This document shows positions 11,430 to 20,964 of a stretch of 64,000 nucleotides of DNA, piece after piece. A model generated the notes under the pieces. That model had not been told where the DNA came from, ran no database searches, and saw nothing but the letters and a program-made list of their open reading frames with translations. Location of the stretch: the NCBI GenBank assembly GCA_963663275.1, contig OY760183.1, forward strand, positions 3,467,183-3,531,182, read 5' to 3'. Source of the stretch: Chloroflexota bacterium. GTDB taxonomy: Bacteria > Chloroflexota > UBA11872 > VXOZ01. Within the stretch, counting starts at the first letter, position 1; each line of letters begins with the position of its first letter. The position numbers and the translations under genes were made by a program.

Positions 11430-13482
11430 AATCGACGAGTATTGCGAAGAACTGTTTCAGGAGGTCCATACCCGGGCGGACGCCGATGGTTGGTTCGTTG
11501 AGGATGTGTTCTTCGATGTCCTCTCGGAAACACTGATCGACGCTGGAGAGATTGAAACGGCAGACCGTGCCCACTACGTCTCTCCGCGGGGTGTCCGGGT
11601 GGACGGGTATGGAGGAGACCCCCTTGATTCAGAGGGAGTCCTCAGCCTGATCATCGCCGATTTCAATCAAAGCCAGGAGGCCGCCACATTGACGGCGACC
11701 GACATGAACGCAACCTTCCGACGCCTCCACAACTTTCTGGAGCGATCATTGAACCCCGATTTCAGGAACAGCTTGGAGGAGTCGGATTCTGCATTTGGAT
11801 TGGCGGACCTTATTGCCACTCGTTGGCCGAGTATCTCGAAAGTGCGGCTGTTCCTTATGAGCAACAGGGTGCTCAGTTCCAGGGTGGACGGGCGCGAGGC
11901 CGGTGAGTTTCAAGGCATACCCGTGACCTACAGCGTTTGGGACTTGGGACGTATCCATCGGTACGTCATGTCAGGACACGAGCGTGAAGACATCGCGGTT
12001 GTGATGGATGAGTTTGGAGGGCCGCTGGTGGTGTTGCCTGCACACACGGGAACGACAGATCACGAGTCGTACTTGGCGGTCGTCCCCGGGATTGAACTCG
12101 CCAGAATCTACGATCGCTGGGGAGCCCGGCTCCTTGAGCAGAATGTCCGCGTATTCTTACAGGCTCGTGGGAAAGTCAATCGAGGCATCCGGAACACTAT
12201 CTCCAATGACCCTGAGATGTTCTTCGCCTACAACAACGGCATCACGGCGACCGCCGAGAGCATTGAAACTGAGGAATCCCCATCCGGTCTTCTCCTTACC
12301 GGCCTGCGCAATTTCCAGATTGTCAACGGGGGTCAGACTACCGCGTCCATACACGAGGCATTACGGAACAAGGAGGCGGACCTTAGCCGTGTCTTCGTTC
12401 AAATGAAGCTGTCCGTTGTCGAACCCCAGCGTGCGTTGCAGGTTGTCCCGAGGATATCCGAGTATGCGAATAGCCAGAACCGAGTGAGCGCAGCCGACTT
12501 CTTCTCCAACCATCCATTTCACGTTCGCATGGAAGAGTTCTCACGCAGGCTCCTCGCGCCATCAAGTGACGGGAGCTTTCGCCAGTCGAAGTGGTTCTAC
12601 GAGCGTGCGCGGGGGCAGTACCAGGACGCCCGTGGGCACCGTACCGCTGCTGAGAGGGCAAGGTTTGATCTTGAGTACCCCAAGAGGCAGGTCTTCACCA
12701 AGACTGACCTCGCCAAGTTCCTCAATGCGTGGCGACAGAAACCGGACACCGTCAGCAAGGGCGCTCAGAAGAACTTCGCCGACTTTGCACAGTTCATCGG
12801 TGAGGAGTGGCGGCGACGGCCCAACGATTTTAACGAGATGTTCTTCAGAGAAGCAGTGGCCAAGGCGATTGTTTTCAGAGCGGTTGAACACCTCGTGGGA
12901 GAGCAGCCTTGGTACCAGGGAGGCTACCGTGCGAACGTTGTTGCCTACACCATCGCGAAGCTCGCCCATGATGTCACACAAGGGGAAGGATCCATCAACT
13001 TCGAGAGAATCTGGCGTGCACAGGAAGTCTCACCCGGACTTCGGGCCGCATTGGCGGTTGGAGCCGAGGCAGTCCATGAAGTAATCATCAATCCTCCAGA
13101 GCGCATGCGGAATGTGACTGAGTGGGCAAAACAGCAGGCATGCTGGCACCGTGTGGAAAGTCTGGACGTGGCATGGCCTGCGTCCTTGTCAGCGGAGTTG
13201 CTTAGCGCAGGAGACCGAAGCGATGCCAAGCGCGCCGCAGTCAAGGATCAGCAGATGCTGAATGGCATAGACGCCCAGACAACGGTTGTGGAAGCAGGTC
13301 CTGAATTCTGGGGTAGTCTCAAGGAGTGGGGAGCGTCAAGAGGACTACTCTCGCCTGACGAGATGGGAATGCTCGATGTCGCCGCTTCTCGCGTTCCGTC
13401 CGAAAGGCAAAGCGTGAGAATCATTGAGACGCTCAGGCGGCTCAACGAGGAAGGATTCTCATCGGGAATCGAGTCAAGCTGA
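11419..13482 (+). CDS. AIPR family protein (MzaE-like)
   Basis: LLEQNVRVFL, FFAYNNGIT, QIVNGGQTTASI, ANSQNRV and WFYERARGQY motifs. Confidence 0.92.
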   Translation: MPIEIDEYCEELFQEVHTRADADGWFVEDVFFDVLSETLIDAGEIETADRAHYVSPRGVRVDGYGGDPLDSEGVLSLIIADFNQSQEAATLTATDMNATFRRLHNFLERSLNPDFRNSLEESDSAFGLADLIATRWPSISKVRLFLMSNRVLSSRVDGREAGEFQGIPVTYSVWDLGRIHRYVMSGHEREDIAVVMDEFGGPLVVLPAHTGTTDHESYLAVVPGIELARIYDRWGARLLEQNVRVFLQARGKVNRGIRNTISNDPEMFFAYNNGITATAESIETEESPSGLLLTGLRNFQIVNGGQTTASIHEALRNKEADLSRVFVQMKLSVVEPQRALQVVPRISEYANSQNRVSAADFFSNHPFHVRMEEFSRRLLAPSSDGSFRQSKWFYERARGQYQDARGHRTAAERARFDLEYPKRQVFTKTDLAKFLNAWRQKPDTVSKGAQKNFADFAQFIGEEWRRRPNDFNEMFFREAVAKAIVFRAVEHLVGEQPWYQGGYRANVVAYTIAKLAHDVTQGEGSINFERIWRAQEVSPGLRAALAVGAEAVHEVIINPPERMRNVTEWAKQQACWHRVESLDVAWPASLSAELLSAGDRSDAKRAAVKDQQMLNGIDAQTTVVEAGPEFWGSLKEWGASRGLLSPDEMGMLDVAASRVPSERQSVRIIETLRRLNEEGFSSGIESS

Positions 13483-13493
13483 TCCCCCAACCA

Positions 13494-13730
13494 CTGACAC
13501 CCGCCCCTATCGCCGTCGAGGGGCGGCCGCGTACGCTGGTTGCATGACCGTCGATCGTGCACGACCCATAGAGAGCGTCTATAGCTCGGGGTCCAGCTAT
13601 AGACAGGACCTATGGCTCCGCGACTATACACACAGCTGCGGTGACGCCTTGACGCCTTACCCCCGGAAGCAGGCCACGGCCTTGTCGATAAAGGCGTCAA
13701 AATGACGCCTTGCGCACCTTGCTCGGAGTG
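13494..13730 (-). repeat. Dispersed ~125-230 bp hairpin-rich element, inverted relative to the 22009 copy
   Basis: The reverse complement matches 22009-22130 and 23920-24042 (GAGCTATAGACGCT...GACGGTCATG..ACCAGCGTACGC...GGGGCG.GTGTCA). GGAAGCAGGCC.CGGCCTTG is also shared with ~21940-21960. Confidence 0.85.
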
Positions 13731-13734
13731 CCCC

Positions 13735-15384
13735 CTAGAGCACGGCCATCATGTGGTGCTGGACGCGGTTGCCGCGCTGGACGCCCATCTTCATCACCTG
13801 CCGCGCCGGGCGGTCGTCCGGGTCCGGGAACATCGCGGCCCATGCGGCGTCGATGGCGGGCAGGTCGGCGTAGTCCTGGATGAGCAGCGTGATGAGGCCG
13901 ACGTTGTCCATCGTGCCGCCGCCCGACTCCACGAGCGAGCGGATGTTGCGGATGCCGTGGCGCGCCTGCCCCTCGATGCCCTTCACCGGCTCCAGCTTGT
14001 CCGGCCCCGCCGTGTCGACGCCGGAGACGCCGCCCGAGCAGAAGAGGTCGCCGATGCGCGCGCCCATCGGGATGGGGTCGTGGTGGCCGTGCCCCTCTAT
14101 CTCGTGGTTCGTCCGCTCGCCGCCTATCCTGCCGATGACCTGCATCTGGATCTGCCCGCCCATGGGGTAGCGGTACGTCTTGCGCGCCGCCTGGTACCGG
14201 CCGATGGGCCACGCCTCCAGGTACACGTCCACCATGTACGGCTGGTAGGCGAAGTCGTTCAGGTACACCCACTGCAGCACCACGTCGTCCACCGTGCCGC
14301 CCGCGTGCTCCATGAACACGCGCATGTTGTCGAAGCACTGGTCGGTCTGCGCGTCCTCGCCGGTGACCGGCAGCGAGGTCGAGAGGTCCCACGGCACGAT
14401 GACGGACGAGAAGACGTAGTCGCCCATCCGCACGCCGTTCGGGAGCGGGTCGCGGTGCGTGAGCCCGGGCACCTCGATGCGCTGCCGCTTCTGCCCGGCG
14501 ACGCCTATCGCGTGCAGCTCGACGCCCTCGCCGGGCGGCAGCGGGTAGGAGGTCGTCTTGCGCGCGGGCCGGTTGTCCGGGTCCGGGAACAGCTCCAGCC
14601 AGCCGGTGTTGATGTGGGGCCGGAAGTCCTGGCTGTCGATGAAGTTCGTGACGATGCCGATGTCGTCGGTCGAGAGCCCGGCGGACTCCACGAGCGTCCG
14701 GAGGTTCCGCCACGCGTTGAGGAACTGCTCCGCGGGATCGTCCGGCATCACGCCGGTCTCGAGGTCGATGCCGCGGATGCCGGAGGTGAAGAACATCCCG
14801 CCGACCTGCACCAGGTCAGGGGCGATGGCGTCCGGTACGCTGAGGCCGGGCAGGCGCGTCGCCGCGCGCTTGTTCGGCCTGCCGGGCGCGCCCTTGTCGC
14901 TCAGCGCGGGGCCGGGCGCGCTGCGGAACTGCGGACGGAGCGATGCGTCGGCCAGCCGGGCGTCGCCCGCGGGCTTGACCATCGCCTCGGCGCCCGCGAG
15001 CGCGAGCCGCTCGTCGCGGTCCTCGTCGCCGGCGCCGCTCACGCCGATGCCGCCGATGACCTCGCTCGCCCGGTGCAGCGTCAGCCCGCCGTGCAGCGTC
15101 GTGACGCCGTCGTTCGACCAGTCGGCGACGGTGCGGCCGTCGTGCGCTATCTGCTGGCGGTAGATGAGCGTGTCGCGCCCGATGAAGGCGGCGGTGTACG
15201 CCTTGCGCTCGGCGTTCCGCACGTCGGTCGCGGACGCGCCGTCGCGGCGCACGGAGTAGACGAGCGCGCCGCTCTCGTCCACGACCGCCAGGGCGAACGG
15301 GCGCTCGTCGGGCCGCGCCGCGGCCATCGCCGCTGCTATCGCGCGCTCGGCGTCTTCCAGGCTGATCGTCTCGCGTGCGGGCAT
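13735..15384 (-). CDS. GlcG/HbpS heme-binding domain fused to three tandem Rid (YjgF/RidA) domains
   Basis: N-terminal AVVDESG...KAYTAA...GGIGVSG, then three ~125-aa repeats each ending in RPAR/QAAR/RPAR. Confidence 0.85.
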   Translation of the reverse strand: MPARETISLEDAERAIAAAMAAARPDERPFALAVVDESGALVYSVRRDGASATDVRNAERKAYTAAFIGRDTLIYRQQIAHDGRTVADWSNDGVTTLHGGLTLHRASEVIGGIGVSGAGDEDRDERLALAGAEAMVKPAGDARLADASLRPQFRSAPGPALSDKGAPGRPNKRAATRLPGLSVPDAIAPDLVQVGGMFFTSGIRGIDLETGVMPDDPAEQFLNAWRNLRTLVESAGLSTDDIGIVTNFIDSQDFRPHINTGWLELFPDPDNRPARKTTSYPLPPGEGVELHAIGVAGQKRQRIEVPGLTHRDPLPNGVRMGDYVFSSVIVPWDLSTSLPVTGEDAQTDQCFDNMRVFMEHAGGTVDDVVLQWVYLNDFAYQPYMVDVYLEAWPIGRYQAARKTYRYPMGGQIQMQVIGRIGGERTNHEIEGHGHHDPIPMGARIGDLFCSGGVSGVDTAGPDKLEPVKGIEGQARHGIRNIRSLVESGGGTMDNVGLITLLIQDYADLPAIDAAWAAMFPDPDDRPARQVMKMGVQRGNRVQHHMMAVL

Positions 15385-15387
15385 GTC

Positions 15388-15675
15388 TCAGACTCCTTCC
15401 ACCGCGATCACGGAGGCCGTCGCGGCCTCCCAGCGGATCCCCACGATGCCCTGGTACGCGCCGGAGTTGTACCAGGCCTGCAGCGTCTCCATGTCCGGGA
15501 ACTCCAGCACGACGACGCGCTTCGGCTGCCACCCGCCCTCGAGCACCTCGCTCGCGCCGCCGCGGACGACGAACCGCCCGCCGAACGGCTCCAGCGTCGC
15601 GGGCACCTGCGCGCCGTACCCCGCGTACGAGTCGGGGTCGTGCACGTCGACGTCGGCTATCAGGTACGCGGGCAT
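15388..15675 (-). CDS. DUF1330 family protein
   Basis: MPAYLIADVDVHD...GGRFVVRGG...VVLEFPD...WYNSGAYQ. Confidence 0.9.
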   Translation of the reverse strand: MPAYLIADVDVHDPDSYAGYGAQVPATLEPFGGRFVVRGGASEVLEGGWQPKRVVVLEFPDMETLQAWYNSGAYQGIVGIRWEAATASVIAVEGV

Positions 15676-16094
15676 CACTTCACCCCCATCGCTTCGAGGC
15701 CGATGCGCGCCAGCGCCTCGTCCCGTATCGTCGAGTTGCCGCTCATCGCTATCCCGCCGACGACCTGCCCGCCGGAGACGATGGCGAGCCCGCCCTGGAG
15801 CGTCGTCAGCTTCGGGTCGCCCCAGTCGTCGAGCGTCCGCCGGTTCGCCTTCACGACGTGGTCGCGGAAGTCGACGGTGTTCATGCCGATGCGCGCGGCG
15901 GTGTACGCCTTCGCCCGGGCGCGCCCCAGCATCCGCGCCGGCGCGCCGTCGACGCGGGCGCAGAGCACCTCCGCGCCGTGGGCGTCCGTGATGCAGAGCG
16001 CGCCGGGATTGTCCGTGCCGTCGGCGAACTCGGCGAATATCGCCTCCTTCGCCTTCAGGGCCTCCTCGAGGCCGATGCTCTTCGTCTCGAACAT
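15675..16094 (-). CDS. GlcG/HbpS family heme-binding protein
   Basis: ITDAHG...RVDGA...AKAYTAA...GGLAI...GGIAMSG. Confidence 0.85.
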   Translation of the reverse strand: MFETKSIGLEEALKAKEAIFAEFADGTDNPGALCITDAHGAEVLCARVDGAPARMLGRARAKAYTAARIGMNTVDFRDHVVKANRRTLDDWGDPKLTTLQGGLAIVSGGQVVGGIAMSGNSTIRDEALARIGLEAMGVK

Positions 16095-16097
16095 GGC

Positions 16098-16868
16098 TTA
16101 CATCTCCCGCAGCAGCCGGCCGAAGCCGGGTATCTTGTCGTCCACTCCGGCGAGGCGCAGCGACTGCCACGCCATCGCCTGCATGCTGCTCACGACCGGC
16201 ACGCCGAACTCCTGCTCCAGCGTCTCGACGACGGCGACGCTCGGCATGAGCGCGCCCGTGATCCAGACGCCGTCGGCGTTGGGCGTCGCGCGGAACAGGT
16301 CCGCCGCCATCCGCCGCACGATGCCGAGGTCCATCGTGGAGACCTCGTACGCGCGCAGCTCGCCGCCCGCCACCTCGCCGACCACCGAGCCCGCGTTCGC
16401 GACCTCGATGTCCGCGTTCGAGACGTACTCCGCGAGCTGCGCGTGCGTCTTGTCGTCGAACGGCGTCAGCATCGCCACTCGGCGCATGCCGAGCGCGTTC
16501 ATCGCCTTGATGCACGAGCCGAGGTCGGTCGCCGCGGGCGTGTCGGTGACGCTGCCGATGCGGGCCAGGATCTCGTCCTCGAACTTCCAGCCGCGCCCGG
16601 CGATGATGGGCACGCCCGCCTGCATGATCGACTGCGGGCGGCGGGTCATGATCTCCTCGGTCGCCGCCGGCAGGCGCTCGATGCCCGCCGCGTACGACCG
16701 CTCGCCCTCCGAGAGGACGACGCCGAGCGAGGTCATGACGATGGTCACGCCCTCCGGCGCGATGAGGTAGAACTCGTACGAGTTGTTCTCGTGCGCGGGC
16801 GACGGGGTGATGAACCCGCACCGTGCGCGCCAGCCGTAGGGGCGGTCTGCGGTCGCGTTCAGCGCCAT
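16098..16868 (-). CDS. Maleate isomerase / Asp-Glu racemase superfamily protein
   Basis: YGWRARCGFITPS, ALGMRRVAMLTPF and LEQEFGVPVVSS motifs. Confidence 0.8.
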   Translation of the reverse strand: MALNATADRPYGWRARCGFITPSPAHENNSYEFYLIAPEGVTIVMTSLGVVLSEGERSYAAGIERLPAATEEIMTRRPQSIMQAGVPIIAGRGWKFEDEILARIGSVTDTPAATDLGSCIKAMNALGMRRVAMLTPFDDKTHAQLAEYVSNADIEVANAGSVVGEVAGGELRAYEVSTMDLGIVRRMAADLFRATPNADGVWITGALMPSVAVVETLEQEFGVPVVSSMQAMAWQSLRLAGVDDKIPGFGRLLREM

Positions 16869-16923
16869 GCGTCCTTCTCCTCTACCGGGGTGGGCGCAGT
16901 CTACCCCCGCGTGGGGTGCAGGG

Positions 16924-17559
16924 CTAGCCGCGGCGCTTGCGCAGCTCCGCCCAGACGTCGTCCGGCGAGAGGCCGGCGTCGGCGAGCAGCACGAGCGCGT
17001 GGTAGAAGAGGTCGGCGACCTCGCCGGGGAGGCTCCCGGTGTCCTGCGTCGCCGCGGAGAGCGCGACCTCCACGCCCTCCTCGCCCACCTTCTGCGCCAT
17101 GCGCGCCGTGCCGCTCTCGAACAGCGACGTGGTGTAGCTGCCCTCCGGGCGCTCCTGCTGTCGCTGGCGTATGACCTGGAAGACCTCCGAGAGCACGCCG
17201 GGCCCCGCGTCGCTGCGCTCGTACTCCGGCGAGTCCGGGAGCGTCGTGAAGAAGCACGAGCGCTTGCCGGTGTGGCACGCCGGGCCGTCCGCCCGCACCT
17301 GGAACAGCAGCACGTCGCCATCGCAGTCGACCTGCGCCGACGAGACGTGCAGGAACGCGCCGGACGTCGCGCCCTTGTGCCAGGGCGCCTGGCGCGAGCG
17401 GCTGTAGAAGTGCATCTCGCCCGACTCCAGCGTGCGCGCGACCGCGTCCGGGTTCATGTACGCGACCATCAGCACCTCGCCGGTGGCCTCGTCCTGGCAT
17501 ATCGCCGGCACGAGCCCCTGGGCGTCCAGCTGTATCCGTGGGTTGTCTGCGGTCGTCAT
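16924..17559 (-). CDS. hisIE: Bifunctional phosphoribosyl-AMP cyclohydrolase / phosphoribosyl-ATP pyrophosphatase
   Basis: GLVPAICQD, YSRSRQ..WHKGATSG, DCDGD, ACHTG..SCF, SYT..LF and KVGEEGVE. Confidence 0.95.
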   Translation of the reverse strand: MTTADNPRIQLDAQGLVPAICQDEATGEVLMVAYMNPDAVARTLESGEMHFYSRSRQAPWHKGATSGAFLHVSSAQVDCDGDVLLFQVRADGPACHTGKRSCFFTTLPDSPEYERSDAGPGVLSEVFQVIRQRQQERPEGSYTTSLFESGTARMAQKVGEEGVEVALSAATQDTGSLPGEVADLFYHALVLLADAGLSPDDVWAELRKRRG

Positions 17560-17585
17560 CGGGTCCCTCCCGCGTTCGCGGCGCG

Positions 17586-18326
17586 TCAGTCCAGCAGCGC
17601 CGGGATCTCGGACAGATCGCTCACGACGTGGTCCGGCGGCAGCAGCGCGCCGTTCTCCGGCGGCGGCGTGCGCCCCGGCGTGTCCTGCGTTCGTTGCACG
17701 AGCACGGTCTGCATGCCGGCCAGCTTCGCCCCGTGCGCGTCGTCGTACGGCGAGTCGCCCACGTAGAGCACCGCTTCCGGCGCGACGTCCATCTCCCGGA
17801 GGAAGCGGGCGAAGATGCGCGGGTCCGGCTTGTAGGCGCACGCCTCCTCCGACGAGAGGACGTAGGAGAAGCAGTCCCAGCCGTTGTGCGCGATCGTCCC
17901 GTGCAGGAAGCGGTCGTCCGCGTTGGAGAGCACGGCGAGCGTGCGCGTCCTCCCCAGCGCTTCGAGCGCGTCGTTCGTCTCGGGGAAGGCGTCCCTGGCG
18001 GCGAGCGCGGTCACGCTGTCGGACGCGGCCTGCTCCGCGTCGCCGGTCAGCCCCATCGCCTCGAACGTCTGCGCGAAGGCGTCGCGCCACGCTTCCCAGT
18101 ACGTCCTGAACGGCGGGCTCGACTCGGGGTCGGCCATGTTCGTGCGCGTCTTGCGGAACTGCACGTCGCGGATGGCCCACTCCTTCCAGAACGCGAGGGC
18201 GTCCACGGGCAGGCGTTGCCCGTCCACGATCGCCTTGTGCGCCATCTGCCATTCCGCCGTGTCGTTCTTCACGAGCGTGCTGAACATGTCGAAGGCGACG
18301 ATTTCGATGTTGCGGAGGTCCGTCAT
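17586..18326 (-). CDS. HAD-superfamily hydrolase
   Basis: FDMFSTL, LSN, YKPDPRIF and YVGDSPYDD..GAKLAGM motifs. Confidence 0.88.
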   Translation of the reverse strand: MTDLRNIEIVAFDMFSTLVKNDTAEWQMAHKAIVDGQRLPVDALAFWKEWAIRDVQFRKTRTNMADPESSPPFRTYWEAWRDAFAQTFEAMGLTGDAEQAASDSVTALAARDAFPETNDALEALGRTRTLAVLSNADDRFLHGTIAHNGWDCFSYVLSSEEACAYKPDPRIFARFLREMDVAPEAVLYVGDSPYDDAHGAKLAGMQTVLVQRTQDTPGRTPPPENGALLPPDHVVSDLSEIPALLD

Positions 18327-18330
18327 CGCC

Positions 18331-19170
18331 TCAGTGGACCTCGCGCGTGGGGATGCCCTGCGCCGCCAGCGAACGCTTCACGTCCGCGATGACGTGCCGG
18401 CCGTAGTGGAAGATGGACGCTGCGAGCGCCGCGTCGGCGTGGCCGTCGGTCACCGCCTGCGCGAGATGCTCGATGCAGCCCGCGCCGCCGCTCGCGATGA
18501 CGGGGACGGGGACGGCGTCGGCCACCGCGCGGGTGAGCTCGAGGTCGTAGCCGTCCTGGTGGCCGTCGGCGTCCATGCTCGTCAGCAGCACCTCGCCCGC
18601 GCCGAGCTCGGCCGTATACTCCGCCCAGCGCACCGCGTCGATGCCCGTCGGCGTGCGTCCGCCGTGGATGTACACCTCCCACTGCGACTCCGGGCCAACG
18701 GCGAGCGCTCCCTTGCCGGGGTGCCCGTCCGCGAGCAGCGACGGGTCCGCCGCCGGACTGTCCGGCGCGATGCGGCGAGCGTCGATCGCGATGACGAGGC
18801 ACTGGTTGCCGAACGCCGCAGTCGCCGCCGCGAACGCGTCGGGGTTCAGCACCGCCGCGGTGTTCATCGACACCTTGTCGGCGCCCGCGTTCAGCAGCTT
18901 CCGCACGTCCTCGACGGTGCGCACGCCCCCGCCGACCGTCAGCGGGATGAACACCTGCTCCGATACGTGCTCGACCACGTCGATGATCGTGTCGCGCCCG
19001 TCCGAGCTGGCGGTGATGTCGAGGAAGACGAGTTCGTCCGCGCCCTCGCGGTCGTAGAAGGCCGCGAGCTCGACCGGGTCTCCGGCGTCGCGCAGGTTGA
19101 CGAACGACGCGCCCTTGACGACGCGCCCGCCGGTGACGTCGAGGCACGGGATGATGCGCTTGGTGAGCAT
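18331..19170 (-). CDS. hisF: Imidazole glycerol phosphate synthase cyclase subunit
   Basis: [34 protein letters not shown] and ALAASIFH. Confidence 0.97.
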   Translation of the reverse strand: MLTKRIIPCLDVTGGRVVKGASFVNLRDAGDPVELAAFYDREGADELVFLDITASSDGRDTIIDVVEHVSEQVFIPLTVGGGVRTVEDVRKLLNAGADKVSMNTAAVLNPDAFAAATAAFGNQCLVIAIDARRIAPDSPAADPSLLADGHPGKGALAVGPESQWEVYIHGGRTPTGIDAVRWAEYTAELGAGEVLLTSMDADGHQDGYDLELTRAVADAVPVPVIASGGAGCIEHLAQAVTDGHADAALAASIFHYGRHVIADVKRSLAAQGIPTREVH

Positions 19171-19212
19171 AGTCCTAACAGGATAACGGACGCGCCCCGA
19201 GAGCGGAGCGGC

Positions 19213-19851
19213 TTACGCTGTCCACTGCACGTTGCCGTGCAGGTCCGCGGGCTGCGGCTTGCTCTTGAAGACGGCGAACTCCGCCTTCGACGCCGCGAGG
19301 GTCGTGTCTGCGCCGTGGCCGGGCAGCACGAGCGAGCCGTCGGGCAGCGTGAGCAGCCGTTCCTCGATGCTCTGTACGACCTGCCGGAGGTCGTCCGGCG
19401 TGTTCGTGCGCCCGGGGCCGCCGGGGAAGAGCGTGTCGCCGGAGACGAGCGTGCCGTCGGCGAAGAGGCAGACCGCGCCGGGCGTGTGCCCCGGCGTGTG
19501 CAGGATGCGGATGCGCGTCGCGCCGACGTGCAGTTCGTCGTTGTGGGCGAGCAGCGCGTCCGGCTCGCCGGGCAGCCTGCGGGCGTCGCTCTCGTGCACC
19601 GAGACGGGGAGGTCGGTGAGCCGCTTGAGGTCGGCGTAGCCCGCGACGTGGTCCGGGTGCGTGTGCGTGACGACGACGCCCTTCACCTGGAAGCCGTCCG
19701 CCTCGCTCAACAGCCGCTCGACCTCCGCCGGCGCGTCGACGAGGTACGCCTCCTTCGTGGCCGGGTCGGCGATGACGTAGCCGTTGTTGTCGTACGGCCC
19801 CATGCCGGCGACCTTGAACACGAGATGCGGGCCATCGTAGACGAGCGTCAT
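19213..19851 (-). CDS. MBL-fold metallo-hydrolase (glyoxalase II-like)
   Basis: THTHPDH, HTPGHTPG, SGDTLFPGGPGR and LPGHG. Confidence 0.9.
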   Translation of the reverse strand: MTLVYDGPHLVFKVAGMGPYDNNGYVIADPATKEAYLVDAPAEVERLLSEADGFQVKGVVVTHTHPDHVAGYADLKRLTDLPVSVHESDARRLPGEPDALLAHNDELHVGATRIRILHTPGHTPGAVCLFADGTLVSGDTLFPGGPGRTNTPDDLRQVVQSIEERLLTLPDGSLVLPGHGADTTLAASKAEFAVFKSKPQPADLHGNVQWTA

Positions 19852-19873
19852 GCGCTGCTCCTCCGTAAACTTC

Positions 19874-20878
19874 CTACCGCAGCGCCGGCAGCACCTCTGC
19901 GGCGGCGAGGCGTATCGCGCCCTCGACGACCTCGCGCGGCGTGCCCGGCCACCCGAAGCGCAGCGACGCGTGCGTAACGCCCACGTCCGCGAAGCGCTGG
20001 AGGTCGGCGGTGACGTCGTCCGGGCTCCCGACGATGAAGCGCCCCGCGGCCAACTCCTCGAACGGCGCGGTGAAGTCCTCCTCGCCGGGGAGCGCCTTGT
20101 CCTGACCCCACGCGGCGTACGCCTTGTACTTGCCTTCGAGGAACGGGCGCGCCGTCGCGATCGCCTCCTCACGTGTTGGCGCGACGAACGTCTCGCGCGA
20201 CATCGGCAGCGTGTCGACGGGCGGGTGGCCGTGCTCGGCGCGCACTGTCTTGTACAGCTCCACCTGCCGCGCCAGCGTGTCGAACGGCGCGTGCGGGTTC
20301 AGGTACCACGTCTCGCCGTTGCGGGCGATGCGGCGCACCATGCCGTCGCCGTTCGCGGCGATCCAGATGCGCGGGTGCGGCTGCTGGATGGGGCGTATGC
20401 CGAGGTGCACGCCGGTGACCTTCGTGAAGCGGCCCTCGAACGTCACCTCGCCGCCGGCCCAGAGCTGCTTGGCGAGGCGCAGGTTCTCGAACATCCGCGC
20501 GATGCGGTCCTCGTGCGTGACGCCGAACGCCTCGTACTCCTCGTCGCGGTAGCCGAGCGCGGCGTTGACGATGACGCGCCCGTTCGTGAGCACGTCGAGC
20601 GTTGCGACGTCCTCGGCCATCTGCACGGGGTTCTGCAGCGGAATGAGGACGGTCGAGAGCATGTCCATGTCGCCGGTCTCGGCGCTGATGCGGGCGAGCG
20701 CGATGAGCGGCTGCAGCATCTGGAACGGGTGCGAGAGGTAGTGCTGCCCGGCGTAGATGTAGTCGAAGCCGAGTTCGCGCCCGACGCGCACGAGGTGGAG
20801 CACGTCGGCGAAGCGCTGCACCATGTCGCCGTCGCCGGAGTGCTGGAGGAGGCCGGAGAGGGAGAGGCCGAACTTCAT
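19874..20878 (-). CDS. LLM-class flavin-dependent oxidoreductase
   Basis: MKFG..., NPVQMAEDVATLDVLTNGR, PIQQPHPRIWIA and IVGSPDDV. Confidence 0.9.
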   Translation of the reverse strand: MKFGLSLSGLLQHSGDGDMVQRFADVLHLVRVGRELGFDYIYAGQHYLSHPFQMLQPLIALARISAETGDMDMLSTVLIPLQNPVQMAEDVATLDVLTNGRVIVNAALGYRDEEYEAFGVTHEDRIARMFENLRLAKQLWAGGEVTFEGRFTKVTGVHLGIRPIQQPHPRIWIAANGDGMVRRIARNGETWYLNPHAPFDTLARQVELYKTVRAEHGHPPVDTLPMSRETFVAPTREEAIATARPFLEGKYKAYAAWGQDKALPGEEDFTAPFEELAAGRFIVGSPDDVTADLQRFADVGVTHASLRFGWPGTPREVVEGAIRLAAAEVLPALR

Positions 20879-20964
20879 GCGGCTAATCCTAGCGCATGCG
20901 CCCGAGCGACGCCCGCTCCCGCTGCTATCATTCCCCGCGCACCCCAGGACGGAGGACGAGACCG

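Noticed and set aside
13702-16770. Very long antisense ORFs (also most of 27076-30993, 17884-19977 and similar)
   Set aside because: These are shadow frames opposite real genes in high-GC DNA, with no recognisable motifs.
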